Source of the DNA: Candidatus Thorarchaeota archaeon
GTDB taxonomy: Archaea > Asgardarchaeota > Thorarchaeia > Thorarchaeales > Thorarchaeaceae
Length of the DNA stretch: 16,132 nt
Direction: 5' to 3'
Assembly (NCBI GenBank): GCA_048882045.1
Contig: JBHLRZ010000051.1
Span: 1-16,132, forward strand
Shown: piece after piece, positions 15,003 through 16,132 of the stretch
How positions within the stretch are numbered: position 1 is the first letter of the stretch
Layout of the letters: each line of letters starts with the position of its first letter
Position numbers and translations under genes: made by a program
Notes under the pieces: model-generated
Told to the model about the DNA's origin: nothing
Databases searched by the model: none
Seen by the model: only the letters and a program-made list of their open reading frames with translations

Positions 15003-15725
15003 GTGGAAACAATAGGGTTGGCAGTTATGGCGAAAGTAAGATTTACCGTCAAAGTTACTCCGTCAAAAGAGAGGGATATCAATTGCAACTGTCCTGGAAT
15101 CTGTGTGGGATGTGGCACTGAAACTGGACTAAGATCCTATGACTCACAAGTGTACAAGAAGAAGCCACCAATGACGCTAAGTGGTGGTATGCAAATTACC
15201 AGAGCAAATGGGAACTATAGACTATGTGGAGATTGCAAGGAACAAGCTGTAAGTAACTATACTAAAACTATCAAAACGAGACGAAACATAAGGATTATTC
15301 TGTTGCTTCTTGGTGTAGCATTGATTCCTATCTCATTTATTGTGATGATGTTCCTATTCCCAAACTTCTTGTTCATGCCAGCGATTGGCTATACATATCT
15401 GCTGGTATATTGGGGAGTGATGATGGCTCTTATCCTGTTTGTGTTTGGGCTTGCTGGTTCGATAAATCGGTCAAGGGAAGAGATGCAAGAACGAGTGGAG
15501 AGGTATCCCTTCAAGGCGTATGTGGATGTAACAATAGATGGCACAATGCTTCTTTCAAATGAAACTTATGCCGAGAAGTTCCGAGGATTGAATCCAAGCC
15601 TGTTGGTCAAGATCAAACCGGGATTGAAAACACCTGGAATAACACCAGATGCGGCCATCTTTTACATGATGTTTGTTATCCTCTTCATCTTCATACTCAT
15701 AGGAACCATGTTCATGTTCTTCTAA
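15003..15725 (+). CDS. Membrane protein with N-terminal Zn-ribbon (CxxC...CxxC) and 3 TM helices
   Basis: PGICVGCG...LCGDC, two TM segments (IILLLLGVALIPISFIVMMFLF; YLLVYWGVMMALILFVFGLA) and a C-terminal TM segment. The true start may be ATG 15027, given TTTATTA at 14981-14987. Confidence 0.8.
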   Translation: METIGLAVMAKVRFTVKVTPSKERDINCNCPGICVGCGTETGLRSYDSQVYKKKPPMTLSGGMQITRANGNYRLCGDCKEQAVSNYTKTIKTRRNIRIILLLLGVALIPISFIVMMFLFPNFLFMPAIGYTYLLVYWGVMMALILFVFGLAGSINRSREEMQERVERYPFKAYVDVTIDGTMLLSNETYAEKFRGLNPSLLVKIKPGLKTPGITPDAAIFYMMFVILFIFILIGTMFMFF

Positions 15726-15807
15726 ACAGAACAAGAAAGACCTGCTGAAGAAATGATTCAAATAGTACTCATCAATCCAGTTGAGTTCAAGTATCAGGAG
15801 ACGCATC

Positions 15808-15996
15808 ATGAAAGAGTTTGATTCGATTGTGACTGAGGCTTTTGCAAAAGAAAAGAAGTACATTCCCTACGAGTTTCTGAGAGATGGAGAGAGTGTTGAC
15901 AACCCATTCCTTGGTATAAGTGAGAATGACTATCGTACAATCATAACAAGAATGATGTACTTTGTTCTTAATTGTATGGGCTACACTAGTCAGTAA
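15808..15996 (+). CDS. Short hypothetical protein or gene remnant
   Basis: 62-aa ORF MKEFDSIVTEAFAKEKKYIPYEF... preceded by AGGAG; flanked by other short broken + strand frames. Confidence 0.35.
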   Translation: MKEFDSIVTEAFAKEKKYIPYEFLRDGESVDNPFLGISENDYRTIITRMMYFVLNCMGYTSQ

Positions 15997-16132
15997 TGTC
16001 TGGTTGATTAAGATGAACCATGGTGTCCACAATGATAGAGAAGACAACAATTCGATGAGGTTGATTAGACGTCATCAAAGATAGATTGCTTGATGTTTGT
16101 GATTTTGTCACCTTTCATTATCAGACTTCGGA

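Noticed and set aside
15787-16050. Minus-strand 87-aa ORF (and 15555-15863)
   Set aside because: They overlap + strand frames, have unnatural composition and show no supporting signals.

Overview
Archaeal chromosomal window; gene content and GGAGGTGA-type ribosome-binding sites suggest an Asgard archaeon, most likely Thorarchaeia (inference, no marker gene in the window). Left end: the 3' part of a RadA/RadB-like RecA-fold gene followed by a divergent FEN1-family nuclease with a PCNA-binding PIP box. Centre: a + strand cluster (HEAT-like helical protein, membrane zinc-protease homolog with an eroded HExxH motif, and a 2300-aa secreted, membrane-anchored protein with prenyltransferase/squalene-oxidase-type repeats and about 14 Ig-like domains). 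The cluster is bracketed by two distantly paralogous ~670-aa minus-strand proteins that end in tandem Lrp/AsnC-like (wHTH+RAM) modules. A ~600-bp hairpin-rich intergenic region upstream of the second paralog contains an unannotated 40-codon ORF (poly-Asn, acidic) followed by a terminator-like hairpin. Right end: two Cys-rich hypothetical proteins and a possible gene remnant. No rRNA, tRNA, CRISPR array or transposase was seen. All family calls come from motif recognition by eye, not database searches.
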